The notes: generated by a model not told the origin, from the sequence alone. A stretch of DNA of 64,000 nt from a candidate division FCPU426 bacterium (GCA_963840035.1 CAWIXE010000002.1:32001-96000); one strand, 5' to 3'. Positions 42,716 through 53,445 are shown, counted from the first letter of the stretch. Made by a program: numbers and translations.

Positions 42716-44203
42716 ATGACTGATTTTAACGACAAAACACCGTCCTGGGCAAAAAACGCCACGGGATATCTCTGTTTTGTCGACAGTTTTGCCTCCTCTG
42801 TCCCCGACCCTGACGGGAAAAAGACTCCTTACACAGGCACTGCCTACGGACAGGAAATGATGAAGCTTAAATGGCATGAGACAGACCCTACGCTTCACCA
42901 CAACAGCGGTTTTTACGGGGGGGACCTTGCGGGCGCTGCTTACGCTGCTTCTTATCTGGCTGACCTCGGCATTGACATGGTTTACTTCACGCCCATATTT
43001 AAAGCAGTCAGTAATCATAAATATGACACCCTTGATTTTAAGATGATAGATCCTCAATTTGGCACCATTGATGACTTCAAACGTCTCGTTGATACATACC
43101 ATTCAAAAGGAATTCGCGTTATTTTAGACGGTGTTTTCAACCATACCAGCTCAGAGCATGAGTGGTATAAAAATGCAAAAGAAGGTGACTTAAGTTATAA
43201 GAATATGTATAAGGTAAATGAAGACGGCTATGTGATAGTGTGGAACGGCATTGAGACATTGCCGGTTTTAAACCATGATAATCCCGATGTCAGGGAATAC
43301 TTTTATGACGGGGCTGAGAGCGTGGTAAAGTACTGGTTAAAGCAGGGGGCTGACGGCTGGCGCCTGGATGTGGCAGAGCGTTTAGGCAAGGACACGCTTG
43401 CGCGCATAAGAAAGGCCGTGAAATCCTGCGGGGATGACAAGCTTTTGGCCGGCGAAGTCGTGGAAACATACGGAAAAGAATGGCTTGATAACGGGCTTTT
43501 GGACGCGGTGATGAACTACGCTTTCAGGGGGACCACGGCCAACTTCATGACAGGAAAAATAGACGCTAAAAACTACATGGAAGAGCTTGTGAAAATGTAC
43601 GAACAATACCCACGGGAGAAGCTCTACACCAGCTGGAACCTCATATCCACGCATGACACCAACAGGATGCTTTTTGACGTCGGCAATGACGAGGGCGCCT
43701 TCAAGCTCGCTGCTGTACTGCAGTTCACTTACCCCGGGATACCCATGATATATTACGGCGACGAGCTTGGCAGCGAAAAAGGCGAGAAGGAAACCCAGAA
43801 CAGGATGGGGCATGACTGGGAAGTGATAAACAGCCGCGGCAAATATTCGGCCGCGCGCGCCATGGAATGGGATAAAATAAGAAAATATAACAGTTATCAT
43901 GAGTTCTACAAGCACCTGATATGGCTCAGAAAGGCCTTTGCCTGTGTTTCTTCCGGAGATTTCCTGCCGGCATGCGCGCAGGGCGATGTCATGGCTTTTT
44001 TCAGGCATTCTGACAGAGGCACCGCGTTCATCATAATAAATAAGGGGCTTGATGTTTCTGTTAAGTTAAAAGTGCCCGAACAGGTGCTAAAAAACAACCT
44101 GGATCTAAAATGCGTTTACGGCGGGAACGGTTATTTTAAGCCGCGCTCCGCTGAAATTGATTTTTATATAGGCGGGAAAAACGCCTATATATTCGCGGGG
44201 TAA
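42716..44203 (+). CDS. GH13 alpha-amylase family (neopullulanase/maltodextrin glucosidase-like), no N-terminal CBM
   Basis: FYGGDL.G, SNHKYDT.D, LDGVFNH, DGWRLDVA, GEV, STHD, PMIYYGDE. Confidence 0.9.
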   Translation: MTDFNDKTPSWAKNATGYLCFVDSFASSVPDPDGKKTPYTGTAYGQEMMKLKWHETDPTLHHNSGFYGGDLAGAAYAASYLADLGIDMVYFTPIFKAVSNHKYDTLDFKMIDPQFGTIDDFKRLVDTYHSKGIRVILDGVFNHTSSEHEWYKNAKEGDLSYKNMYKVNEDGYVIVWNGIETLPVLNHDNPDVREYFYDGAESVVKYWLKQGADGWRLDVAERLGKDTLARIRKAVKSCGDDKLLAGEVVETYGKEWLDNGLLDAVMNYAFRGTTANFMTGKIDAKNYMEELVKMYEQYPREKLYTSWNLISTHDTNRMLFDVGNDEGAFKLAAVLQFTYPGIPMIYYGDELGSEKGEKETQNRMGHDWEVINSRGKYSAARAMEWDKIRKYNSYHEFYKHLIWLRKAFACVSSGDFLPACAQGDVMAFFRHSDRGTAFIIINKGLDVSVKLKVPEQVLKNNLDLKCVYGGNGYFKPRSAEIDFYIGGKNAYIFAG

Positions 44204-44206
44204 GCC

Positions 44207-45865
44207 ATGAACGGTGATAATAAAATACGGATTTATCTGGCGGCTTTAGCAGCAGTGATAGTTATGGCCATATACACGCAGTGTTTATACCCTGTTTTTG
44301 CGGGCAATGACTCGCCTGAAACAATCGCAATGTGCAAAAATTTATGGCCGCAGCACCCCCCCGGGTATCCGCTGCATACCATGATCGGAAAGATAGCTTC
44401 ATATATACCGCTTGCCAATCCGGGTTTCAGGATCAACCTTTTTTCTGCTTTGCTTGCCGCCCTGACCGCGGTATTATTCATTATGCAGCCCTGTTTTACC
44501 CCGCTGGTTTCTTTTTGTGGCGCATTAATCCTGGCTTTTTCCTCTGTTTTCTGGGCGCAGGGAATAGAGGCTAAAGGCAGCGTGTACCTTCTCAATATTG
44601 TGCTGACACTGGCTGCTTTGATGTGCGCCGCAGGTTATGAGGACAGGCGAAAATTTTATCTGTTTTTCTTTTTGACGGGGCTGTCACTGTCCAACCACTA
44701 CATGAGCACTGCGGCGCTGTTTCCGGCAGCAGCATATCTGATCTATAAAAGGCCAAAAAAAATGGCACCGGCTTTTTTGTTGCTTATTATTGGCATTACA
44801 CCCTATATTTTTCTTCCGTTAAGGTCATGGGCCGCAGCTCCTCCGAGATGGGGGGACGCTTCTACGCTGGATGGATTCATATTCATGGTAACGAGAGCCG
44901 GGTACCCGTCTTTTCAGGGGCCTGATTTAAAAAGCGTATTATTCCAGCTGGGTTCCATGGCGTCCGGGTTTTTTGACAGTTTTTCTTTCATCCTGCTGGC
45001 AGTCCTGCCCGGCATATATTTTGCATTTAGAAAACACAGAGAGCTGTTTTGGTTCCTGGTGTGCGTGGTCACAGTCAATATATCCACAGTTGTCCTCTTT
45101 AACCAGGTTCCAAAAAATTCCCCATGGTTCATCCCGATCTATCTGCTGCCGTCAGCGCTTGCGGCGGTTTATTTTATTGCCTTTGCGCTGGATGCGGCAA
45201 GAGCTTACCTGCAGCATAGAAAAATATTTGCTTCGGTCATGGTGCTTGTATTTCCTGCCGTACTTTTATTTTCGAATTATGGAAAGAACAGCATGTCAGG
45301 CAACCTCCTGTCATATGATTTCGTCAAAAATATGTCCCTTACCATGGATAAAAACCCGCTTTACCTTCCTGTGGGGGATTTTTCTTCCATGCCGTTTTAT
45401 TATGTATGTAACGCTGTTGATAACAGCCAGGGGATAGACATGCTGGATATCTGCAGTATGGGATACGATTTTGGCAGGGAAGATCTTTATAAAGTAACGG
45501 GCATGAAAACAAACGCGGCGGATGAAATGACGGCGAGATTCAGGGAGTTATCAAAAAAACACACTATTTACAGGGTAATATTTTCCATCGAACAGGAGGA
45601 GAAGCATATAGAGCCTGAAAAATGGAAGCCTTACGGTCTTCTTTTCAGGTATGGAGCCGTAAAGAGCGGGATTGCTATTTTTGACAGGTATTCATACAGG
45701 GGCATATATTATCCGGCAAGGCCGCGGGCTGATTTTGAAAACGGTATAATACTTTTTTACCCGTTAGCCATGGCGCGTTTCTACAATGAAAAAGGAGGGG
45801 AAAAACTGATAAAAAAAGCCTCTATTTTTCCCGGCGTGCGTATGATAAAACAGGAAGTAAAATAA
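44207..45865 (+). CDS. DUF2723 / GT117 (TMEM260-like) GT-C membrane glycosyltransferase
   Basis: GNDSPE..HPPGYPL..IGK..RINLFSAL, FWAQG.EA..VY.L, GLSLSNH, multi-TM. Confidence 0.8.
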   Translation: MNGDNKIRIYLAALAAVIVMAIYTQCLYPVFAGNDSPETIAMCKNLWPQHPPGYPLHTMIGKIASYIPLANPGFRINLFSALLAALTAVLFIMQPCFTPLVSFCGALILAFSSVFWAQGIEAKGSVYLLNIVLTLAALMCAAGYEDRRKFYLFFFLTGLSLSNHYMSTAALFPAAAYLIYKRPKKMAPAFLLLIIGITPYIFLPLRSWAAAPPRWGDASTLDGFIFMVTRAGYPSFQGPDLKSVLFQLGSMASGFFDSFSFILLAVLPGIYFAFRKHRELFWFLVCVVTVNISTVVLFNQVPKNSPWFIPIYLLPSALAAVYFIAFALDAARAYLQHRKIFASVMVLVFPAVLLFSNYGKNSMSGNLLSYDFVKNMSLTMDKNPLYLPVGDFSSMPFYYVCNAVDNSQGIDMLDICSMGYDFGREDLYKVTGMKTNAADEMTARFRELSKKHTIYRVIFSIEQEEKHIEPEKWKPYGLLFRYGAVKSGIAIFDRYSYRGIYYPARPRADFENGIILFYPLAMARFYNEKGGEKLIKKASIFPGVRMIKQEVK

Positions 45866-45927
45866 AAAGGAACAAATAACACCGGTTTTTGTCTAAATAC
45901 AATACACATCTTATACGGGAGGGGTTC

Positions 45928-47301
45928 TTGAAGCTTATAAGGTTTTTTCTGACAGCGCTGTTTTTTCTTCAGGGTTCTGCTGCGTTTTGTGCCATGACCA
46001 TAACGGAATCCAACAATGCCGTTTTGCTGGCAAACCAGCTTGTTTTGCCGGGAAGCGGAATCACCATAACAAGCGCGTCACTCAATGCGTCAAGCGCGTA
46101 TTACCCGTGCGGGCTGTTTTACGGCGGGCCGTTCGGAATTTTTGACGGTATAATAATGACAACCGGAAAAGCGCAATACGCGCTTCCGCCGGACGGTTAT
46201 GTAAACGACTATTACGGATATGGCAACGGCATCCCGGGGAATGATATCGTATATAGCATTTTGAACATGCCTGTGGGAACTACCGATCCCGCTGTATATG
46301 ATACTTCCATCCTAACATTGACATTTGATGTTGCTGCGGATATAAAATCCCTGCTTTTTGATTTTGTTTTCGGATCGGAGGAATACCCTGACTGGATAGA
46401 TGAGGGATATAACGACGCTTTCGGGGCTTTTTTAAACGGGACACAGGTGGTTTTTGATTCTTTTGGCAAGCCTGTCACGGTAAGCGGGGCGTATTTTTCC
46501 GCGGCCTACGTGCAGAAACCCCCGGTAAACGGGATGCAGTATAACGGATCCACAATGCTGCTGACTACCGCGGTGCAGGTTACACCGGGGTCCACCGGAA
46601 ATGTCCTGCAGTTCGTCATATCGGATGTCGCCGACTTCATATATGACAGCGGCGTGCTTTTATCCAGGCTGCGGGGAATAAAGGAAATAGTGACCCCGGG
46701 GACTGATCATTTTACGCCTACATCCACAGCGACGCGTACATCCACGCCGACCTATACTGCCACCCCGACACGGACGTTTACTCTCACCAGCACAAACACA
46801 AAGACTTTTACAGCCACGCCCACCATGAGCATGACTTTTACAAATACCGGAACTTTTACAGATACGCGTACAGCTACGCCTACATTTACGCATACCCCGA
46901 CCCATACAGCGACGCAGACATTTACATCGACGCCTACCATTACGCTGACATTTACATCGACACCAACGCATACAGTCACGCCTACATTTACCGCGACGCC
47001 GCCGCCATTTATTATCAGGCTTGAAGGAAACTTTCCCAACCCTTTCAGGGATAAAACGCACATAGTTTACTGGCTCTCCGTTGACGCCGAGGTGAAGATA
47101 AAAGTCTTTACCGTCTCCGGCGAGGTGGTCTATTTTAATGACGAACTGCCTGGAAAATCGGGATATAACGACTTTTTCTGGGACGGCAGGAACAGGGCGT
47201 CGAAGCCTGTTTCCTCCGGCGTTTTTATTTACAGGGTTTACGCCTCGACGCGCAACGACCCGGAACATGTATGTACATCAAAGATGGCGTGTGTTAAATA
47301 G
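45928..47301 (+). CDS. Secreted protein: choice-of-anchor-L-like domain, TxT stalk, FlgD-Ig/T9SS-CTD-like C-terminus
   Basis: [64 protein letters not shown] start after GGAGG inferred. Confidence 0.8.
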   Translation: MKLIRFFLTALFFLQGSAAFCAMTITESNNAVLLANQLVLPGSGITITSASLNASSAYYPCGLFYGGPFGIFDGIIMTTGKAQYALPPDGYVNDYYGYGNGIPGNDIVYSILNMPVGTTDPAVYDTSILTLTFDVAADIKSLLFDFVFGSEEYPDWIDEGYNDAFGAFLNGTQVVFDSFGKPVTVSGAYFSAAYVQKPPVNGMQYNGSTMLLTTAVQVTPGSTGNVLQFVISDVADFIYDSGVLLSRLRGIKEIVTPGTDHFTPTSTATRTSTPTYTATPTRTFTLTSTNTKTFTATPTMSMTFTNTGTFTDTRTATPTFTHTPTHTATQTFTSTPTITLTFTSTPTHTVTPTFTATPPPFIIRLEGNFPNPFRDKTHIVYWLSVDAEVKIKVFTVSGEVVYFNDELPGKSGYNDFFWDGRNRASKPVSSGVFIYRVYASTRNDPEHVCTSKMACVK

Positions 47302-47355
47302 CCATTGAAAAAAATCCGGCTACTTGCTACAATTTCAGTGTCAATAGAATAACAA

Positions 47356-47739
47356 TTGGAGCGTGTTATGCCGGAAGGCGACATAGTATATGAAAGGCGC
47401 AGGCACTTCAGGGCCCAGAAGGTCCTTCACATAAAGTATAAGATCATGGCCGGTGAAGAGTATGAAAAGCATACCCCGGACATGGATGTAAAAAGGTCTG
47501 TTGTAAGCGAGGATATTTCCACATCGGGACTGCAGCTCATATGCGACGAGGAAATGAAACTAGATAAAGTGGTAAGGCTGGACGTGGAACTCGACAGCGC
47601 AACGCCGCTTGCGACCTTCGCGGAAGTCAGGTGGGTCAGGTACGATGAAAAGCTGAAAAAGTTCAGGATAGGCCTGCAGTTCCTGGTAATAAAAGAAGAT
47701 CATATATTAGCCATTAAGAAATTGACGGGGGAATTGTAG
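47356..47739 (+). CDS. PilZ domain protein
   Basis: ERRRHFR (RxxxR) and DISTSG (DxSxxG) c-di-GMP motifs. Confidence 0.88.
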   Translation: MERVMPEGDIVYERRRHFRAQKVLHIKYKIMAGEEYEKHTPDMDVKRSVVSEDISTSGLQLICDEEMKLDKVVRLDVELDSATPLATFAEVRWVRYDEKLKKFRIGLQFLVIKEDHILAIKKLTGEL

Positions 47740-47864
47740 ATACAAGCGCGCGGATAATTCTTGTCATACTCATAAATTCACGAAAATCCCGGTTTTTCGG
47801 CAAATAAAACTCTTATTAAATATGACTAAAAAACGTTTTGAAAGTATTACGTTAATTATTGCAA

Positions 47865-47893
47865 TTGACAGTCGTATAATTAGCATATATAAT
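47865..47893 (+). promoter_or_regulatory. Consensus sigma70 promoter of pilT-pilC
   Basis: TTGACA-N17-TATAAT. Confidence 0.8.
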
Positions 47894-47934
47894 ATATGGA
47901 CAGGAATACGCTAAAAATCTTTCTGGAGGTTTAA

Positions 47935-49020
47935 ATGGTAAATATAGACACAATGCTCCGGGTAATGTTTGAAAAAGGCGCTTCAGACCTGCACATCACC
48001 GTAGGTGTCCCCCCTATGTTCCGCATAGACGGCGAGATGGTGGCTTCTGAATTTGAAAAAATGAGGCCGGATGACTGCCAGCACGTAATTTACTCCATAT
48101 TAACGGACGAGCAGAAAGAAAAATTTGAGAGGGAAAATGAACTTGATATATCTTTCGGCGTGGAAGGCATAGGACGCGTCAGGATGAACGTATTCAAGCA
48201 GCGCGGCGCTGTAGCCGCGGCCCTGCGTAACATTCCCATGCATATCTTAAGTTTTGACGAGCTCGGGCTGCCGCCGGCAATAACCGACATAGTAAAAACT
48301 CCAAAGGGCCTCATTCTCGTAACAGGCCCGACCGGCTCGGGAAAATCAACTACCCTCGCGTCAATGATTGACTGGATCAATTCGCACGAAGCCGGGCATA
48401 TCATGACCATAGAGGACCCCATTGAGTACATTCACACGCATAAGAACTGCATCGTCAACCAGCGCGAAGTGGGCACTGATACGGCGACGTTTGTAAGCGC
48501 GTTAAAGTACGTCTTAAGGCAGGACCCGGATGTGATCTTAGTCGGTGAAATGAGGGACTTGGAGACGATAAGCGCGGCGCTGACCATCGCGGAAACAGGC
48601 CACCTTGTATTCGGAACGCTCCATACCCCGGATGCCGTACAGGCCATTAACCGCATCATTGACGTTTTCCCGGCGCACCAGCAGCAGCAGGTACGCGCGC
48701 AGATATCCTTTACGCTTCAGGCTGTTGTTTCGCAGCAGCTGCTTCCGAAGGCCTATTCAACAGGAAGGGTAATAGCGACGGAAATCCTCATTTCAAATTT
48801 TGCCATAAAGAACCTTATCAGGGAAGAAAAAGTACACCAGATATACTCCATAATGCAGACCGGCACGGAATACGGCATGAGGACCATGAATTCCTCGCTT
48901 GCCGAACTGTATCAGAAACAGCTTGTAACATACAATGAAATTTTTGCCAGAACCACCGACCCTAAGGACCTGCAGAGGATAGTTACAACATCCACGGGCG
49001 GCGGCGGAAGCACGTATTAA
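47935..49020 (+). CDS. pilT: Type IV pilus retraction ATPase PilT
   Basis: ASDLH, GPTGSGKSTT, EDPIE, LRQDPD, AETGHLV.GTLH, AIKNLIRE. Confidence 0.95.
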   Translation: MVNIDTMLRVMFEKGASDLHITVGVPPMFRIDGEMVASEFEKMRPDDCQHVIYSILTDEQKEKFERENELDISFGVEGIGRVRMNVFKQRGAVAAALRNIPMHILSFDELGLPPAITDIVKTPKGLILVTGPTGSGKSTTLASMIDWINSHEAGHIMTIEDPIEYIHTHKNCIVNQREVGTDTATFVSALKYVLRQDPDVILVGEMRDLETISAALTIAETGHLVFGTLHTPDAVQAINRIIDVFPAHQQQQVRAQISFTLQAVVSQQLLPKAYSTGRVIATEILISNFAIKNLIREEKVHQIYSIMQTGTEYGMRTMNSSLAELYQKQLVTYNEIFARTTDPKDLQRIVTTSTGGGGSTY

Positions 49021-49022
49021 GA

Positions 49023-49102
49023 AATTTACAATTGACAATTAATAGGGACAGGTTGACCCGTTGCCGGTTGAAATTGTAAATTGAAAATAGTAAATTGAAA
49101 AT
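49023..49102. repeat. Heptamer-periodic inverted pair between pilT and pilC
   Basis: aatttac aattgac aatt ... aattgta aattgaa aatagta aattgaa aat. Confidence 0.8.
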
Positions 49103-49121
49103 CTGATCCACGGAGGAAACT

Positions 49122-50324
49122 GTGGCGAATTTTTCTTACAAGGCAAAGACACCTGACGGCAGGGTTATAGAGGGGCAGATTGACGCTGCTGACGAAGCTG
49201 CCTTACAGAATATAATGAAACAGCAGAAGCTTGTGATTGTTTCTATTGTAAAAACAGGCGGATTGGCGTCTATATTTAACATGGGGCCAAAGGTACTGAC
49301 TTCTGAAATTTCGATTTTCTCCAGGCAGTTTTCCACCATGATTACAGCCGGACTGCCCGTACTGCAGGCGCTCAGCATACTGTGCGACCAGCAGGAGGAT
49401 AAGATTTTTAAGGGAGTTCTCACCAAGATAAGGGATGATATAGGAAGCGGAGCTAACCTTTCGGACGCCATGATGAAATTCCCGAGCGTTTTTTCCACGC
49501 TGTACTGCAATATGATAAAAGCGGGAGAACTTTCAGGCTCCCTGGACCAGATATTGGACAGGCTCTCAACATACCTTGAAAAAGCAGAGGCTCTTCAGTC
49601 AAAGATAAAAGGCGCTCTTACTTATCCCGCCACTATTTCAGTCATCGCTTTAATAATCATAATAATACTTCTTGTAAAGGTTGTTCCTTCATTCAAGGCT
49701 GTTTTTGAGTCATTCGGGGGTAAATTGCCGGCTATGACTATGTACCTTTTGAATGCCAGCGAATTTGAACAAAAATACGCCATTTATCAGGTGATTGCAA
49801 TTGGCGCAATAGTATTTGGGATAACCATCTTAAAGAGGACGGAAAAAGGCGGTATGGTAATCGATAGATTAATGTTAAAAATGCCGGTGTTCGGGTTGCT
49901 TATAAAGAAGCAGACCGTTGCCAGGTTCGCCAGGACGCTCGGAACCCTCTTAAAGTCCGGGGTAGGCATCCTTGACGCGCTGGATACTGTCGCCAGGTCA
50001 TCCGGAAACAAAGTTGTAGAAAAAGCGCTTATGGATACAAGGTCGGCAGTCAGGGAAGGCCAGAGCTTAACAGAGCCGATGAAGGCTACGGGATTGTTTC
50101 CAACCATGGTCACCCAGATGGTTGCCGTAGGCGAGGAAACCGGCAAGTTAGACGAGATGTTGCTGCGCATGTCGGACTTTTACGACGCCGAGGTTGATAC
50201 GGCTGTTGATTCCATAATGGCCATGATTGAGCCTATGATTATGGCTTTTTTAGGTGTGACAATTGGTTATCTGGTTATTGCCATGTTCCTGCCGATGATG
50301 TCAATGGGACAGATGGTAAAATAA
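49122..50324 (+). CDS. pilC: Type IV pilus platform protein PilC (GspF family)
   Basis: FSRQFSTMI.AGLP, AGE.SGSLD, ALTYP, VGEETGKLD, IEP. Confidence 0.95.
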   Translation: MANFSYKAKTPDGRVIEGQIDAADEAALQNIMKQQKLVIVSIVKTGGLASIFNMGPKVLTSEISIFSRQFSTMITAGLPVLQALSILCDQQEDKIFKGVLTKIRDDIGSGANLSDAMMKFPSVFSTLYCNMIKAGELSGSLDQILDRLSTYLEKAEALQSKIKGALTYPATISVIALIIIIILLVKVVPSFKAVFESFGGKLPAMTMYLLNASEFEQKYAIYQVIAIGAIVFGITILKRTEKGGMVIDRLMLKMPVFGLLIKKQTVARFARTLGTLLKSGVGILDALDTVARSSGNKVVEKALMDTRSAVREGQSLTEPMKATGLFPTMVTQMVAVGEETGKLDEMLLRMSDFYDAEVDTAVDSIMAMIEPMIMAFLGVTIGYLVIAMFLPMMSMGQMVK

Positions 50325-50345
50325 GACAAAATATTTTCAAAATAC

Positions 50346-50374
50346 TTGACAAAGGTCTAAATGGACAGTATAAT
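50346..50374 (+). promoter_or_regulatory. Consensus sigma70 promoter of the pilin gene
   Basis: TTGACA-N17-TATAAT. Confidence 0.8.
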
Positions 50375-50418
50375 TGTAGATAAGGAAGTACAAATCTAAT
50401 TAGAAGGAGGTGAAATTA

Positions 50419-50901
50419 ATGTTAAGAAGCAAAAAAGGTTTTACGCTTATCGAGCTTATGATCGTTGTTGCGATCATCGGCATCCTGGCGGCAGTAGCAA
50501 TCCCGAAGTTCGCTGACATGTTGGAAAAAGCGAGGGAAGGTGCCACCAAGGGTAATGCAGGAGCATTGAAATCGGCAGTTTCCATTTATTACGGTGATAA
50601 CACAGGTGCTTGGCCGGGAGGTATTGGTACAAGTTCTTCAGATGCAGCAACATACAATTCCTTCTTCACGAAATACATGGACAAGTTACCTCCTGTTAAA
50701 GTAACACACCCGGGGAGTGGAGCTCAGTTAGCCGGATCCAAAACCGACGTTACAGTTATTAGCACCACAGCACCACCGCAGATTCTCAAAACGACTGCAG
50801 AGGATGGCTGGAGGTATAATAAACTGACCGGCGACGTTTGGGTAAACAATGGCCAGACAGACACAAAGACAGTGGAATACTCAACGTACGGATACGAATA
50901 A
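50419..50901 (+). CDS. pilA: Type IV pilin, probable major pilin
   Basis: KKG|FTLIELMIVVAIIGILAAVAIP; has its own promoter and terminator. Confidence 0.85.
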   Translation: MLRSKKGFTLIELMIVVAIIGILAAVAIPKFADMLEKAREGATKGNAGALKSAVSIYYGDNTGAWPGGIGTSSSDAATYNSFFTKYMDKLPPVKVTHPGSGAQLAGSKTDVTVISTTAPPQILKTTAEDGWRYNKLTGDVWVNNGQTDTKTVEYSTYGYE

Positions 50902-50918
50902 ACAGCAATTGTTAATAT

Positions 50919-50957
50919 AAAAGGGCCAGAAGTTTAACGACTTTTGGCCCTTTTTTT
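50919..50957 (+). terminator. Intrinsic terminator after the pilin gene
   Basis: aaaagggccagaagt..acttttggccc followed by T7. Confidence 0.8.
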
Positions 50958-50979
50958 ATATCCCCAGGGAGGCGCCAAA

Positions 50980-51708
50980 CTGACTTTTATCATATATGCT
51001 GTTTTTAGCTTTGTTTTTGGCTCCATTATAGGGAGTTTCCTTAATGTGGTAATTTACCGCGTCCCTAAAAAACTTTCAATCGCTTTTCCGTCTTCATATT
51101 GCCCTGCCTGCAAAAAACCGATAAAATGGCATGATAATATGCCTGTTTTGAGCTTTTTAGCCCTTGGAGGCAAATGCAGGCAATGCGGCCATAAAATACC
51201 CTTTAAATACCCCCTGGTCGAATTCCTTACAGGATTGCTGTTCTTTCTAATTTTTCTTCATTTTGGGCTTGAAAAAATCTATTTTTTTTATATAATAATG
51301 GTAGGTTATCTGATAGCGCTATCGGTCATTGACATTGAAAAGAGAATAGTGCCTGACGTAATAATTGTATTTCTTTTCGTTACAGGCGCGCTATTTGGGG
51401 TTTTTGAGTTAAATAAAAATGTGACAATTTTTGACGGTATTATTGGCGCGGCGTCGGCGGGATTTGTGATATATGTTCTTAATTATTTCAGCAACGGCAA
51501 AATAGGGGAAGGCGACGTAAAACTTTTTATGGCGCTGGGTATGTGCCTGGGTCCGGTTGAAGCGCTGAAAGTAATATTATATTCTTTCATAATAGGCGGA
51601 ATTATATCCGGGTTGCTTTTGTTGACCGGCAGATACAGCAGGAAAGACGCGCTTGCTTTTGTCCCATTTATTGCGGCCGCATTCATAGTCAGGGTATTTT
51701 TACAGTAA
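50980..51708 (+). CDS. pilD: Prepilin peptidase PilD (start uncertain; CTG 50980 follows GGAGG)
   Basis: GSFLNVVIYRVP, CPAC..CRQC, SVIDI, GEGDVKL, AFVPFI. Confidence 0.92.
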   Translation: MTFIIYAVFSFVFGSIIGSFLNVVIYRVPKKLSIAFPSSYCPACKKPIKWHDNMPVLSFLALGGKCRQCGHKIPFKYPLVEFLTGLLFFLIFLHFGLEKIYFFYIIMVGYLIALSVIDIEKRIVPDVIIVFLFVTGALFGVFELNKNVTIFDGIIGAASAGFVIYVLNYFSNGKIGEGDVKLFMALGMCLGPVEALKVILYSFIIGGIISGLLLLTGRYSRKDALAFVPFIAAAFIVRVFLQ

Positions 51709-51749
51709 GGAGCCGAAACAGGGTTCCCTATAAAATATAACGGGAGAGT

Positions 51750-52874
51750 TTGATGGGACTGTTTGAAGAAAGCATCATTGGCCTTGATATAGGGACTTCG
51801 ACCATTAAAGCCATTAAGCTCAAAAAGCTAAAAGAGGGCTTTGAACTTATCGGGGCTGAGATAATAAGCCTGTCTGCGGATTCCGTGGATGACCTTGACC
51901 CGGACGTAAGGCATTCACTGTACGTTAACACCATCAAGAAGATATCAAAATCAAAAAACCTGGCAAGCACAAAAGTAGTTACAGCCATTCCCGGCGATTC
52001 CGCCATCATAAGATACATTAAAGTTCCATACATGACCGAGGACGAACTTAAGAACATGATCCCGTACGACGCTGAGCAGTATATACCTCTGGGTATGGAC
52101 CAGGTGGTATTTGACTATAAGGTGCTTAATGAGATTGAAGAAGAAAACCAGAAAAAACTTGAAGTCCTTCTTGTGGCCGTAAAAAATGACACCATGAACC
52201 AGCACATATCGCTTTTAAAAGACGCGAAAGTCGAGCCGGTCTGCATAGATGTTGACGCGTTCGCGCTTTGTAACGCCTATGGATTAAACCTTTCGGATGA
52301 CTCGGACACGGGAGTGAAAGCGGATACCGTGGCCATCATTAACATGGGGTCCAAGTTCACCACGATCACAATAGCCGAAAAGGGCATACCCCACCTGACA
52401 CGTGATGTTAATATCGGCGGAAATAATTTCACAAAGGAAATACAGCGGGAATTTAATTTGAGTTTCTCGCAGGCTGAGGAGCTCAAAAAACAGCACGCTG
52501 TTATCATGGTCGAAAGCGAAGCTCTGTTGCTTTCCGCGTCGCCGTCAGGCGACGACGATAAAGGCTCAAGGATATTTGAGGCGATTACTCCCGCTTTAAA
52601 CAAGCTCTTAAATGACATAAGGCGTTCGTTTGACTATTATGAGTCCACGGTAAAAAGAAAACCAGTCCAGAAGATAATGCTCTCGGGCGGTTCTTCCAAG
52701 ATAAAAAACATAGACAGGTTCCTCTCCGAGAGGCTCGGGATACCGGTTGAGATCAATTATCCCTTCAAGAATATTAATATTAATTCCAAGAATTTTGATT
52801 TTGACTACCTGCGCGCCAATGCGGTCCACTTTAACGTGGCATTAGGCCTCGCGCTCAGGAAAGGCGTGAAGTAA
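51750..52874 (+). CDS. pilM: Type IV pilus assembly protein PilM
   Basis: IGLDIGTSTIK, AEQYIP, LSGGSS, ALGLALR. Confidence 0.93.
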   Translation: MMGLFEESIIGLDIGTSTIKAIKLKKLKEGFELIGAEIISLSADSVDDLDPDVRHSLYVNTIKKISKSKNLASTKVVTAIPGDSAIIRYIKVPYMTEDELKNMIPYDAEQYIPLGMDQVVFDYKVLNEIEEENQKKLEVLLVAVKNDTMNQHISLLKDAKVEPVCIDVDAFALCNAYGLNLSDDSDTGVKADTVAIINMGSKFTTITIAEKGIPHLTRDVNIGGNNFTKEIQREFNLSFSQAEELKKQHAVIMVESEALLLSASPSGDDDKGSRIFEAITPALNKLLNDIRRSFDYYESTVKRKPVQKIMLSGGSSKIKNIDRFLSERLGIPVEINYPFKNININSKNFDFDYLRANAVHFNVALGLALRKGVK

Positions 52875-53431
52875 TGATAGAAATAAATCTGATACCCCAA
52901 AAATTAAAGAAGGCCAAACAGATGCAGCTGTTGGTTATGGGCGGAGTTGTTATAGCCGGCGCCATAGTCGCGGGGCTCGCCGGGATCCTTATAATGCAGA
53001 CCAAGCAGATGGCGGATATTGACAGTCAGATAAAACGGATAGACGCGGAATCATCGTCGCTTCAGGATAAAATAGCCGAGGTAAAAAAATACGACGCGGC
53101 TGACGCGGCTTTTAAAGTAAAAATGGCGATAGTTGAAAGGCTCCTTAAGGACCAGTCTTTTTGGCCGGAGTTTATGGACCAGTTAAGCGCGCTTATGCTT
53201 CCCGACATGTGGTTGACCGCAATAACCCAGGGGAAAGACAAGGACGACGGCGTGATAATCCAGGTTACGGGAAGGGCGCTTTCAAAGGTTATAGTCGCTG
53301 ATTTTATCAAGAGGCTTGAAGAGTGCCCGAAGGTCATGGACCTGGCGGCCGCAAAGATAGGCGAAGAAAAGTATAACCTGATGACAGTGTCGAATTTTGA
53401 CATAAGTTTTACCTATAAAAAAGAAAAGTAA
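52874..53431 (+). CDS. pilN: PilN
   Basis: IEINLIP motif, TM, LPDMWLT. Confidence 0.88.
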   Translation: MIEINLIPQKLKKAKQMQLLVMGGVVIAGAIVAGLAGILIMQTKQMADIDSQIKRIDAESSSLQDKIAEVKKYDAADAAFKVKMAIVERLLKDQSFWPEFMDQLSALMLPDMWLTAITQGKDKDDGVIIQVTGRALSKVIVADFIKRLEECPKVMDLAAAKIGEEKYNLMTVSNFDISFTYKKEK

Positions 53432-53445
53432 AGGAGAAGACCAAC

